IMG/VR virus record: IMGVR_UViG_3300012167_000014
Span: 1 to 50,201 of that record
DNA length: 50,201 nucleotides
Reading direction: 5' to 3' (one strand)
From: a virus
Lineage: Duplodnaviria > Caudoviricetes
Under the pieces are notes generated by a model that was not told the origin of the DNA, ran no database searches, and was given only the letters and a program-made list of their open reading frames with translations. This document shows positions 36,290-44,834 of this stretch, in pieces; position 1 is the first letter of the stretch; each line of letters begins with the position of its first letter. The translations under genes and the position numbers were made by a program.

Positions 36290-36590
36290 CGCGTAAACCC
36301 TTTGGAATCAATCACTTAGCGCCTCTAGGGGAGCTAGTACCCGCCCTCCCCCAACCCCAATATAGGCTTGGGGAAGGCCAATGTCAAGTCTCATTTTGGG
36401 GGAAACCGACAATCCGGGGAACCCGAGGGAATTTTCTAATTGCCTTATTAGTTCTTAAAAACACAAAAAAAAAATAGAACAACAACACGAAAAACCGCAG
36501 TAAAGTCGGGGTACGAATGAGCGTACAAACACGGTCGGGGGAGGGTGGGGGCTAGAAGGCTAAGTGCTTTATTTCCAGTGAGTTAGACCC
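36290..36590 (+). other. Candidate replication origin/control locus
   Basis: A-rich core (about 36430-36500) flanked by inverted, related 25-bp dyads at 36294-36318 and 36561-36585; no long ORF. Confidence 0.45.
36359..36387 (-). promoter_or_regulatory. Sigma70-type early promoter (TTGACA-17-TATATT)
   Basis: The minus strand reads TTGACA ttggccttccccaagcc TATATT, about 190 nt upstream of the GNAT gene. Confidence 0.8.
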
Positions 36591-36715
36591 GTCCTGACCC
36601 CCTGTAGACTGCCGGGGTAATGCCCGGTGATTGCACGGGGAGTGCTCGGGAACCCAATGGGAGATAAATGCTTCAGGGCTGAAGTATGCTATCGACGGAA
36701 AAAAGAGGCCAACCT

Positions 36716-36732
36716 TGTTCAGGGTCTGAACA
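36716..36732. promoter_or_regulatory. 17-bp palindrome TGTTCAGGGTCTGAACA
   Basis: In the large non-coding control region. Confidence 0.75.
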
Positions 36733-36825
36733 GCAATAAGACGGTTGGAATTGACAGGCGTATCCAGCTCTTAAGCGGTTGGATAGGAGGGCGGGAGTTG
36801 GAGTGCTGGCCTGAGCCCTAGACGC

Positions 36826-36864
36826 ACGAAACCCTGGGAGGGTGCTCTCTCCCAGGGAGTCGTG
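36826..36864 (-). terminator. Stem-loop downstream of gene 36881..37399
   Basis: CCCTGGGAG/CTCCCAGGG 9-bp stem followed by TTTC on the minus strand. Confidence 0.5.
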
Positions 36865-36880
36865 TCCGGTAGGTTGTCAG

Positions 36881-37399
36881 TTACGCGTCGTCTTCCGTCT
36901 CATCGTCTTCCGACTCCGCAGCCTCGCGCATGAGCTTGGCTGCGGCCAGGGCCTTCGCCTCGCTCTTGAACCGACCCTGCTTCATCAGCAACGCGGCCAG
37001 TCGCTTGTCCGCAGCCTCGGGGTCCACGAACCCGGATTCGTAAGCCACCCGGATCTTGCTGCGCCGTTGCAGCCCGTAAGCGTAATCCAGGAGCCCCGCG
37101 AAGGGGTTGTCCGCCGGGACCTCGTCACCGTCGTCATTCTTGACCGTGCCCTTGTTGGCCTCGATCAAGCTCCAGAGCTGCGCGGCAGCTTCCGGGGTGT
37201 CGAGCACGAACTCGACCTTGTTGAACGGCACGAACACCGTGTCTCCCTTGTTGGGCACATTCTTGACGGTGACACTCACCGCCTCGCCGTTTGCCTTCTT
37301 GGACACGAACCGTGCCAGGCCCGCCTCGACTGCCTTGATTGCCCAAGGCGTGTGAACATCCGCGTCTGCGACGGAATCCAACGTCTTCTTTTCGGTCAT
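36881..37399 (-). CDS. Hypothetical early protein with acidic tail
   Basis: 172 aa, high GC3; first gene on the leftward arm. Confidence 0.75.
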   Translation of the reverse strand: MTEKKTLDSVADADVHTPWAIKAVEAGLARFVSKKANGEAVSVTVKNVPNKGDTVFVPFNKVEFVLDTPEAAAQLWSLIEANKGTVKNDDGDEVPADNPFAGLLDYAYGLQRRSKIRVAYESGFVDPEAADKRLAALLMKQGRFKSEAKALAAAKLMREAAESEDDETEDDA

Positions 37400-37513
37400 G
37401 GTCCTATCATCCTTTCAAAGAGCGTCTGCGCGAGCGTTCGCCCGCTGTCTACAAGGTGCGGCCCGGCAGCCAGAATAGCAAGGGAAATATGCCCGACCCG
37501 CAAATAAACTTCT

Positions 37514-37576
37514 GTGTCAAAACAGACACAGCCCCCCGTCCAGGCCCGGCAAACTTTCCCGTGTCAAAACGCACAC
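37514..37576. repeat. Direct repeat GTGTCAAAAC-NN-ACAC x2 (37514-37529, 37561-37576)
   Basis: Read directly; each copy contains TTGACA on the minus strand. Confidence 0.6.
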
Positions 37577-37799
37577 ACTCACTCGTCGATGCGATCCGTA
37601 AACTTGGATTACTTAACCCAAGGGGATGGATAGTCCGATCCAACCCCCCGGACGGACCAGAGCGGGTCCCATGTCGGCCGGGGGGACGGATCGTGCAACG
37701 CTCGCGTTTTCACTTTCTCCAAATCAAAATCTGGTTGGAATTCTCTACCAAGGAATGGGTCCCATATTCTCATACCTCGATTCGCTACCAAGGATCAGG

Positions 37800-37816
37800 T
37801 GTTCATAGTCTGAACA
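37800..37816. promoter_or_regulatory. 17-bp palindrome TGTTCATAGTCTGAACA
   Basis: About 43 bp upstream of the late promoter -35 box. Confidence 0.75.
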
Positions 37817-37858
37817 GATGTTTATTTGCTGTTCAACCGGGAAACCTTGTTCAGGGCC

Positions 37859-37887
37859 TTGACAAAAATGAGCCACGGGCGTATCTT
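37859..37887 (+). promoter_or_regulatory. Sigma70-type promoter for the late operon (TTGACA-17-TATCTT)
   Basis: TTGACA 37859-37864 and TATCTT 37882-37887, 70 nt before the terS ATG. Confidence 0.7.
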
Positions 37888-37956
37888 CTCAGTGGGGGCT
37901 TTACGCCTCTTTGCCGGATCGAAGGGTTCACGGGGCTTACGCCCCAGAGAATACTC

Positions 37957-38541
37957 ATGGAGATCTCGAACGAAGACGCCGAAGCCCTCCTTTCTAACCC
38001 ACGTAATGGGGGTCCCCTCTTCTCTCGTTCTCTAATCTCTGAGAAAGAAGTCACCTATGAGCCTCTCCACAAGGGTACGAGGAACGGCGGCAGAGAAGTC
38101 CCGCCTCTTATGCGGGAACTCATCGGAGTCTCTGCACATAGAGACACTCTTGCTAACACAGCTGGAGCCTTTGACGTTAGTGTAAGTACCGTAGCACAAG
38201 CGAAGAAGGGGAATGTGGGCGTAGCCCGTCACGATGCGGATCTTGCGTCCCGTATCGAGAAACAGGTCGGGAAGGATGCAAAAGCAGTCAAGGATCTTGC
38301 GCTTGAGAGGCTTGCAGGGATGTTCGCCTCTGCGATCACTCAAGACAAACTCGACGCTATCCCGAAGGTTAGGGAAGCAGTCACCGTCGCGAGGGAACTT
38401 GCAGGCATCGCGTCCTCACTTACGGAAAAGAAGGAAGGTGGGAACGTAGCGGTCTTCATCCAGTATCCTCGGATAAAGGATGAAAAGGAATACGATGCAG
38501 TCGATCTTATCCACATTCCCGATAAGAAGAAGGTCGACTGA
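37957..38541 (+). CDS. Putative terminase small subunit
   Basis: Immediately upstream of terL with TGATG coupling; HTH-like TAGAFDVSVSTVAQ. The upstream extension in the ORF track is probably non-coding. Confidence 0.55.
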   Translation: MEISNEDAEALLSNPRNGGPLFSRSLISEKEVTYEPLHKGTRNGGREVPPLMRELIGVSAHRDTLANTAGAFDVSVSTVAQAKKGNVGVARHDADLASRIEKQVGKDAKAVKDLALERLAGMFASAITQDKLDAIPKVREAVTVARELAGIASSLTEKKEGGNVAVFIQYPRIKDEKEYDAVDLIHIPDKKKVD

Positions 38542-40196
38542 TGGAAGTCGAGGTGGTCGGGGATGCTGTAGAACGCATCGAGTTCAAGCCTTTCCCCAAG
38601 CAGGCTGAGTTCCTCAGTCTTCCTACTTCAATCAAAGAGGGTTTCTTCGGCGGAGCTGCAGGACCGGGTAAGTCGTGGTGCTTACTCATGGACCCTCTTA
38701 TGAGACGCCTGCACGAACATCCACGGTTTCACGGTATCGTATTCAGGGAGACTTTCAGACAGCTGGAAGAGTCTCTCGTGTTCGAGTCTCAACACCTATA
38801 TCCCCTAGTAGGTGGGCGTTACAATGGTCAAGATTACTGCTGGACGTTCCCTTCCGGAGCTAAGATTCGCTTTAGTTACTTAGCTCGGGATGAGCAGGTC
38901 TATGACCATGACACAGCTCAGTACAACTACGCAGCTTACGATGAGCTGACAGCGTTTACCCGCTTTAGGTATATGTACATCGTCCATTCGCGCGTACGCA
39001 CGACTGTTAAAGGATTACCCGCGTATGCGAGATCTGCCTCTAACCCACTGGGGATAGGACACTCCTGGGTTAAGGAACGCTTCATAGCCCCAGCTAAAGA
39101 CGGTGGCAAGATCATTCGTGAGATCATGCCCGATGGAGCCGTAAACAAGCGGATATTCATCAAGGCTAGGGTCACGGATAATCCTATCCTGATGAAGGAG
39201 AACCCAGAGTATATTAACTCTCTGATGCTTCTCCCTGAGGCAGAGAAACGCTCCAAGCTCTATGGAGACTGGGACGCTATTGCTGGGCAGGTCTTTACAG
39301 AGTTCCGCTCAGAACTCATGCCTGATGAACCTTCCAATGCTCTCCACATAATCAAGCCTTACGTCATCCCCGATTACTGGCCCGTTATCCTCTCTGTTGA
39401 CTGGGGATACGATGCCATGACGTTCGGTGGGTTCTTCGCTATTTCCCCAGAAGAAAGAGTCATACACTGCGAAGAATTCTCGGCAGTGCAGACTAAGATC
39501 AAGGTTTGGGGAGCGGATCTGGGCGTAATGGCTCGTCGCTACCCTAATCTGAAGACTCCAATCACCCTAGATAAGTCAGCCTGGGCAGAACGGGGGGATG
39601 AGCAGACTATTGCTGAGCAAGTAGAGGATGCGATAGGTTTGCCTGTTGAGAAGAGTGATTCCGACCGTGTAGGTGGGAAGATGCTCTTCCATGAGTACCT
39701 CCGGTTTCGGCAGAAGCCACCTAGGTATGTTCCTCCTGGAGGGTATGACCCTTCCATAGAAGAAAAGCTGTATCGTATCAAGGGAGAAAAGGCTGCTTTA
39801 GAGTATCGACACGTCTTCGATCCAGAGCCGCCTGAAGTGAATCTCCCTAAGTTACAGATTTTCGATACCTGTAAGCTTCTTCCCGAAGCTCTCATCTCTT
39901 GTGTGTCCAATCCGGATAAGCCAAACGACGTACTTCCCTTCCCCGGTGATGATCCTTACGATGGTTCTCGCTACGCCCTGAAAAGGGTAGCGCGTTACTT
40001 CGAAGAATCGAAGGAAGGACATAGGGAGTTCATCAAGAAGGATCAAATAATCGAGAATCTCCGTAAGACTGGCGATATGACCGCCTTTTACAGAGAAATG
40101 GAGAACCTTGAAGAGCAAGAGCTTTCGAGAAATACTGGGGTTAGGCGGTACAACACGTACGGCTCCCCTCGAAGATCCTTTAGAGCGTCTCGTTGA
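38541..40196 (+). CDS. terL: Terminase large subunit
   Basis: GGAAGPGKS Walker A, YDELT Walker B, SASNPLG, LYGDWD, SVDWGY RNase H-like nuclease, DDPYDGSRYAL. Confidence 0.95.
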   Translation: MEVEVVGDAVERIEFKPFPKQAEFLSLPTSIKEGFFGGAAGPGKSWCLLMDPLMRRLHEHPRFHGIVFRETFRQLEESLVFESQHLYPLVGGRYNGQDYCWTFPSGAKIRFSYLARDEQVYDHDTAQYNYAAYDELTAFTRFRYMYIVHSRVRTTVKGLPAYARSASNPLGIGHSWVKERFIAPAKDGGKIIREIMPDGAVNKRIFIKARVTDNPILMKENPEYINSLMLLPEAEKRSKLYGDWDAIAGQVFTEFRSELMPDEPSNALHIIKPYVIPDYWPVILSVDWGYDAMTFGGFFAISPEERVIHCEEFSAVQTKIKVWGADLGVMARRYPNLKTPITLDKSAWAERGDEQTIAEQVEDAIGLPVEKSDSDRVGGKMLFHEYLRFRQKPPRYVPPGGYDPSIEEKLYRIKGEKAALEYRHVFDPEPPEVNLPKLQIFDTCKLLPEALISCVSNPDKPNDVLPFPGDDPYDGSRYALKRVARYFEESKEGHREFIKKDQIIENLRKTGDMTAFYREMENLEEQELSRNTGVRRYNTYGSPRRSFRASR

Positions 40197-40400
40197 GAGG
40201 CTCGAGCTGGATCTTGCACACGAACGGTCGCTTAACGCTCAGTTGGTTGCACTCATGACGCCATCTTACAAGACGCTTCCGGTGATTCCTGAGGACTCTC
40301 CCTTGATTTCTCAACAGCCGGAGGCTATTTCTCGAGGCGTCCGTACTTTGAGTCACATGAAGCGTCGTGCAGCCGACATACTTCGATCAAAGGAGAAGGA

Positions 40401-41537
40401 ATGAGGGACTTTTTCATAGCACTTCTTATAGGTTCCATGATGGCGGGACCTATGCAGTCATGTGAAGGTAATCCTCCTCCTAAGGAGGTGTGCGATGCGT
40501 GCAAAGTCTGCGAAGCGAACCCGACGATGGAAGGTTGTCCTCTTCTTATTGCTAGCGGCGTTTGCGCCCGATGTGGCAGCATTCCACCTCCTTCCACGTC
40601 CACGACAACTACAACCACTACAACCTTCAATCCACAGCCGACACCAACTCCAACCCCCATTCCGACTCCAACTCCTAATCCCAACAACTGTACCAGACAG
40701 GTTCAACCTGCTACATGCTCTACACCAATGCCTGGGGAATGGAAGGGAGACGTTAATGCTGCCCTGCATTCAGCCAGTGGGTGTCCGATCAATCAGGTTT
40801 GTCGAGTTCTCAACTGGAGACAAACGATTGTTCGGACCATGGAGCTTCTTGAGGCCAATGGGTACTGCGTGTCCTTCGACATCGACAGCGGGAACTGTTG
40901 GTTTTTCGCTCCGAATGGAGAGTGTCTCCGTAGGGGACTCGGTTCGGAGATGGGTGTACGGAAGGGATTGTCGAAGACAGAATTCTATCAGCCCATTACA
41001 GCTACAGAGAACACGCGTTGGGCTGATCCACGTTCAATCTGTCGGCCAGCCTTCGATGAAGAGACTCTTGAGCAGACAAGAGCCCATCTCAATGTTGGAC
41101 CAGAACCTGTCCCTACACCTACTCCAGGGCCGACGCCAATTCCTCCTCCCTCAGGGGGTCTTTGCACCAATCCAACCCCAGGACCACTTGCGAAGTGGGA
41201 GGTTAAGGTCCATGTTCGTGGACCCAACTGGACGACGTTGGATTCTACAGCGTTGGTTGGTCCCGACGCAATGTATTGCTCGCAGATCGGATACACGGAT
41301 GGTCGACGCTTTTGTCCTCCACGCACGGAGGGGACCGCAGAAGCAATCATCCGGCAGTGCTTACTCGACGTGGTCGGTCAGCCTCCCTTCCCCGTCTGGA
41401 AGTGGAATGGCAGTACGACCTTGCCTGAGGGAATACAGCATGATGACAATCCTTACCACCTCCTCGTAAGGCCCTGGTTGCACGGGACGGCTGAGGTGTG
41501 TGGTTCTAACGGCGTTTGCGGTGAGCTGGTTCTATGA
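40401..41537 (+). CDS. Exported Cys-rich protein with Pro/Thr linkers (possible lipoprotein)
   Basis: Signal-like MRDFFIALLIGSMMAGPMQSC; more than 20 Cys; PTPTPTP linkers separating three domains. Confidence 0.7.
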   Translation: MRDFFIALLIGSMMAGPMQSCEGNPPPKEVCDACKVCEANPTMEGCPLLIASGVCARCGSIPPPSTSTTTTTTTTFNPQPTPTPTPIPTPTPNPNNCTRQVQPATCSTPMPGEWKGDVNAALHSASGCPINQVCRVLNWRQTIVRTMELLEANGYCVSFDIDSGNCWFFAPNGECLRRGLGSEMGVRKGLSKTEFYQPITATENTRWADPRSICRPAFDEETLEQTRAHLNVGPEPVPTPTPGPTPIPPPSGGLCTNPTPGPLAKWEVKVHVRGPNWTTLDSTALVGPDAMYCSQIGYTDGRRFCPPRTEGTAEAIIRQCLLDVVGQPPFPVWKWNGSTTLPEGIQHDDNPYHLLVRPWLHGTAEVCGSNGVCGELVL

Positions 41538-41860
41538 GCTTCATTCTCACCCGACAGCTTTATCGTATCGAACGGAAACTGGACTTCGTATTACGCCAAT
41601 TGGGGCGTGAACGTGAGGAGGATGCAGAGATGGCAGCAGTTCTTGCAGACGTTCAGGCTGCAGTGGCAGCGAACACGACTCAGATTGGCAGCGTTGTCGA
41701 GCTGATTCGTGGTTTCGCTGACCTTCTGCAGGAAGCCATCGACCGAGGAGCTTCCCCTGCGGAACTCCAGGCTCTGGTCGATGAGCTGAGAGCGAGTGAT
41801 CAGGCGTTGGCGGAGGCAGCGGCCACGATTCCCACTGCCCCTCCGGCGCCTCCGGCGTAA
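41534..41860 (+). CDS. Ala-rich coiled-coil hypothetical protein
   Basis: 108 aa; possible second start MAAVLAD at 41630 behind GAGGAGG. Confidence 0.6.
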   Translation: MSFILTRQLYRIERKLDFVLRQLGREREEDAEMAAVLADVQAAVAANTTQIGSVVELIRGFADLLQEAIDRGASPAELQALVDELRASDQALAEAAATIPTAPPAPPA

Positions 41861-41884
41861 ACAACCAAGCCCCCAGGGAAGGAG

Positions 41885-41914
41885 TGGGGGGTGGGAAACT
41901 ATCCCCCATTTTTT
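41885..41914 (+). terminator. Rho-independent terminator
   Basis: TGGGGGGTGG-GAAA-CTATCCCCCA stem with GNRA loop, followed by T6. Confidence 0.7.
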
Positions 41915-41916
41915 GA

Positions 41917-42240
41917 ATGACACCAGAAGTGGTCGATGGCTGGACTCCAGATAAAGTAACTCAACTTCTTGTTGCAGTCTTCGCAGGTTTGGGTATTCTT
42001 CTAACTGCAGCGACTGGAATGGTGGTTGCTATCTGGAAACTGCGGAGTACGACGCAGGAAGTCCATGCTGCGGTTAATGGGGCCAACAGATCTCTACTTC
42101 TACGTGTCGATAGGCTTACTTCTAGGGTTGCTGACTATACGGGAAAGCCTATTGACATCGAAGAATCTGAGGCAGCCCATGCTGAGGTAGTGGCTAACGC
42201 TGCGCTTCCTCAGAATCTGCCAAAGGCAGGAGAACCGTGA
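41917..42240 (+). CDS. Single-TM membrane protein (holin-like candidate)
   Basis: LLVAVFAGLGILLTAATGMVVAIW TM helix followed by a soluble domain. Confidence 0.5.
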   Translation: MTPEVVDGWTPDKVTQLLVAVFAGLGILLTAATGMVVAIWKLRSTTQEVHAAVNGANRSLLLRVDRLTSRVADYTGKPIDIEESEAAHAEVVANAALPQNLPKAGEP

Positions 42241-42476
42241 CTGACGAAATTCGTCCAATACCGAATACGACATTTGCCATCCGGGACTCCGTGGCTCGAC
42301 GTCTGGATGGGCTCGACTTCAAGACCGTCGCATTCGTGGCTCATGGGGATCTTAACGGGGATATCAAGACATCTGTGATGGTCCACATTGGTGGTGGGTG
42401 GTCCTTCGCAGGATATCTCGATAAGCCTCGTCATTCGTCCTTGGAAGGTGGAGCGGAGTTAATATTCGCCAAATGA
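42237..42476 (+). CDS. Small beta-strand-rich hypothetical protein
   Basis: 79 aa, coupled on both sides. Confidence 0.55.
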   Translation: MTDEIRPIPNTTFAIRDSVARRLDGLDFKTVAFVAHGDLNGDIKTSVMVHIGGGWSFAGYLDKPRHSSLEGGAELIFAK

Positions 42477-44833
42477 GCACCTTTCCTCCAGACGTCCAAG
42501 ATCCTGAGATGGATATGCCAGAGGAGCCTGTTGATCCTATGGTCAATCCTGAAATGGCTCCGCCTTTGGGCTTGGATCCAGAAATGGGAATACCCTCCCA
42601 GCCCCCGACCGAACCACCTGTAAAGCAGTTCGGTATCGGAGAGTCTGTCGAATTGACAGACGAGGAGAAGACGGCCCTAAAGTACATACGGGATACTATT
42701 ACTCGTCCGGATGATGAGATCCGTGAGAGAATGACTCCCGTTTGGCAGATGTACGAGAACTACTGGAGGGGTCTGCAGGATGTCATTTACGACTCCGTAT
42801 CGCAGTCCTTCCTATCGGCCTCGGGTGTGCTCAAGTCCGCTGGAGAGCTGGAAGATACGTACATTGGCTCGAAGATCGTCAACGTCTATCGGGCACATGG
42901 TGAATCAATCGCTGCAGCTGTTAGCGCTGGTACGCCAACAATCACGTTCTTCCCGGAAGATGCAGATCAACCCAGCGATATCACCACGGCTAAGACTTAT
43001 ACGGTTGCCTCTGAGTTCGTGGCGGATGACAACGATTCAAAACTTCTCCATCTTCGGGCACTCTACACGAGGTGGAACCAACCGTTCGTAGCGTACTACA
43101 ATACGTACGTCTACGATGAGGAATACGGAACCATCGAGAAGAATCGCTACGGTATTCAGGAAGTTGATATTCCCGAAGCCTTCTGTCCAAGCTGTGGTGA
43201 GGATCTTCCTGTTCAGACTCCGAACAGCATGTGTCCGGACTGTAATGTTGAAGCGGAGACCACAGTAGTAACGAATCTCATTCCTAAGATTGAGGAGGTC
43301 GTACAGATCCCCAAGGGGAGAGAAGTAATTGAGGTCTATGGTCCACGTCATGTACGTGTACCATATAACGTAAAGGATCTCAAGCAGTGTGGCTATCTTA
43401 TCCTCGAGACGGAGCATCACTGGGCCGCCCTAGTCACTCTCTATCCTCAGCTTGCAGAAGTTATCACAAGTGGGTCTTCTGCTCAATCCTCTACGGCGGA
43501 TCAAGCTAGGAGAAAGAGAATCGCGATTGAGGGATCTGAACCTGACATGGACCAGCGAACGCTGGATCGTGCTTGGTTCAGAACCTGGACCTTCAACCTA
43601 GTAAAGGATGAAGAGGTTCGGGCCTCTTTGAAGGTGAAGTTCCCACATGGAGTGCAGTGTACCTTCGTCGATGAAGAGTATGTCGAGGCATACGATGAAT
43701 CGATGGATGATCACTGGACCCTCCTGCCAGATCCGTATGCCGAGCATATCCATGGAGATCCACTCGGGAAGCCTGAAATTCCCATCCAGGATATGACCAA
43801 CGATACGGTCCAGCTTACGTTGGAGACGATCCTCTTTGGAATCGTGGAAACGTTCGCTGATCCTGGTGTACTTAACTTTGATAAGTACAAGGATGCAGTA
43901 AAAGCTCCAGGAAACACCTTCCCTGCGAAGCGTCCTGCTGGAATGAACCTGGATGCTGGCTTCCACCAACCTCGTCCTGCGACGTTGAGCGATAACGTTG
44001 AAGTCTTTCGTCAGGCCCTCGACTCCATGGGTCAGTTCGTCACAGGAGATTCTCCTGGGATCTTTGGTGGACCCTTGGCGAAGGGTTCTTCGAGGACGGC
44101 GGATGAGTATAGACAGGCGAAGCAGGGTGCTCTTCAACGTTTGAGCATCGTTTGGTTTGCACTAAACGTAGCTTGGGCTCAGGTGATGAAGAAAGCTGTT
44201 AACGAGCTTCGGATTCATATGAGATTCCAGGGAGAGGACATCAAGTTCGTCAAGGAGGCTGGAAAGGGATTCACGAACGTTTGGATCAAGCTCGCGGATA
44301 TTGACGATGGGCGTATTGGTCGTGTCCGAGCTGAAGCATCCGAGCAGTTCCCTCTTACGAGTGAGCAGCAGAGGGGTGTGCTCATGGAACTGATCCAGAC
44401 TGCACGTCCTGAACTCACGCAGTTCATCTTCGCTCCTGAGAACATTGGTGAGTTTACTCGAATCCTTATCGGGTTGAATCGCTTCAAGATCCCTGGAGAA
44501 GAGGATCGAGAGTATCAGCTCTCTGAGATTCAGGAGATGATGAGTGGGATGCCTGCAGAGATTGATCCCATGATCGACAATCATCAGGCACATGCTATGG
44601 TCATCCAGTCCTGGGCTGCTAGCGAGGATGGTAGGACGGCCAAGAAGATTAACCCAATGGGTTATCAACTCGTCATGGAACATATGCAACAGCATGTGTT
44701 TATCCTTCAGCAGGCTATGGCGCAAGCTGCTGCACAAGAGGCTGCTCAAGCGGCAGCAAGCGCTCCTCCTCCTAAGGGTGGACAGGCTCAGAAAACCGGT
44801 GCGGCAGAACCGCCCCCAACGATGCAAGGATAA
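42473..44833 (+). CDS. Portal protein (P22-like size) with inserted zinc ribbon
   Basis: 786 aa downstream of terL; CPSC..CPDC insertion; C-terminal DNHQAH..HMQQH and Gln/Ala-rich tail. Confidence 0.8.
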   Translation: MSTFPPDVQDPEMDMPEEPVDPMVNPEMAPPLGLDPEMGIPSQPPTEPPVKQFGIGESVELTDEEKTALKYIRDTITRPDDEIRERMTPVWQMYENYWRGLQDVIYDSVSQSFLSASGVLKSAGELEDTYIGSKIVNVYRAHGESIAAAVSAGTPTITFFPEDADQPSDITTAKTYTVASEFVADDNDSKLLHLRALYTRWNQPFVAYYNTYVYDEEYGTIEKNRYGIQEVDIPEAFCPSCGEDLPVQTPNSMCPDCNVEAETTVVTNLIPKIEEVVQIPKGREVIEVYGPRHVRVPYNVKDLKQCGYLILETEHHWAALVTLYPQLAEVITSGSSAQSSTADQARRKRIAIEGSEPDMDQRTLDRAWFRTWTFNLVKDEEVRASLKVKFPHGVQCTFVDEEYVEAYDESMDDHWTLLPDPYAEHIHGDPLGKPEIPIQDMTNDTVQLTLETILFGIVETFADPGVLNFDKYKDAVKAPGNTFPAKRPAGMNLDAGFHQPRPATLSDNVEVFRQALDSMGQFVTGDSPGIFGGPLAKGSSRTADEYRQAKQGALQRLSIVWFALNVAWAQVMKKAVNELRIHMRFQGEDIKFVKEAGKGFTNVWIKLADIDDGRIGRVRAEASEQFPLTSEQQRGVLMELIQTARPELTQFIFAPENIGEFTRILIGLNRFKIPGEEDREYQLSEIQEMMSGMPAEIDPMIDNHQAHAMVIQSWAASEDGRTAKKINPMGYQLVMEHMQQHVFILQQAMAQAAAQEAAQAAASAPPPKGGQAQKTGAAEPPPTMQG
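43210..43226. promoter_or_regulatory. Near-consensus palindrome TGTTCAGACTCCGAACA (1 mismatch) in the portal gene
   Basis: Read directly. Confidence 0.6.
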
Positions 44834-44834
44834 C

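Noticed and set aside
36751-36785. Plus-strand TTGACA as a rightward promoter
   Set aside because: There is no convincing -10 hexamer at 16-18 nt spacing and no downstream plus-strand gene.
37339-37956. N-terminal extension of the 400-aa ORF 37339..38541
   Set aside because: It spans the divergent control region with promoter and palindromes and overlaps an opposite-strand gene. ATG 37957 downstream of the promoter is the likelier start.
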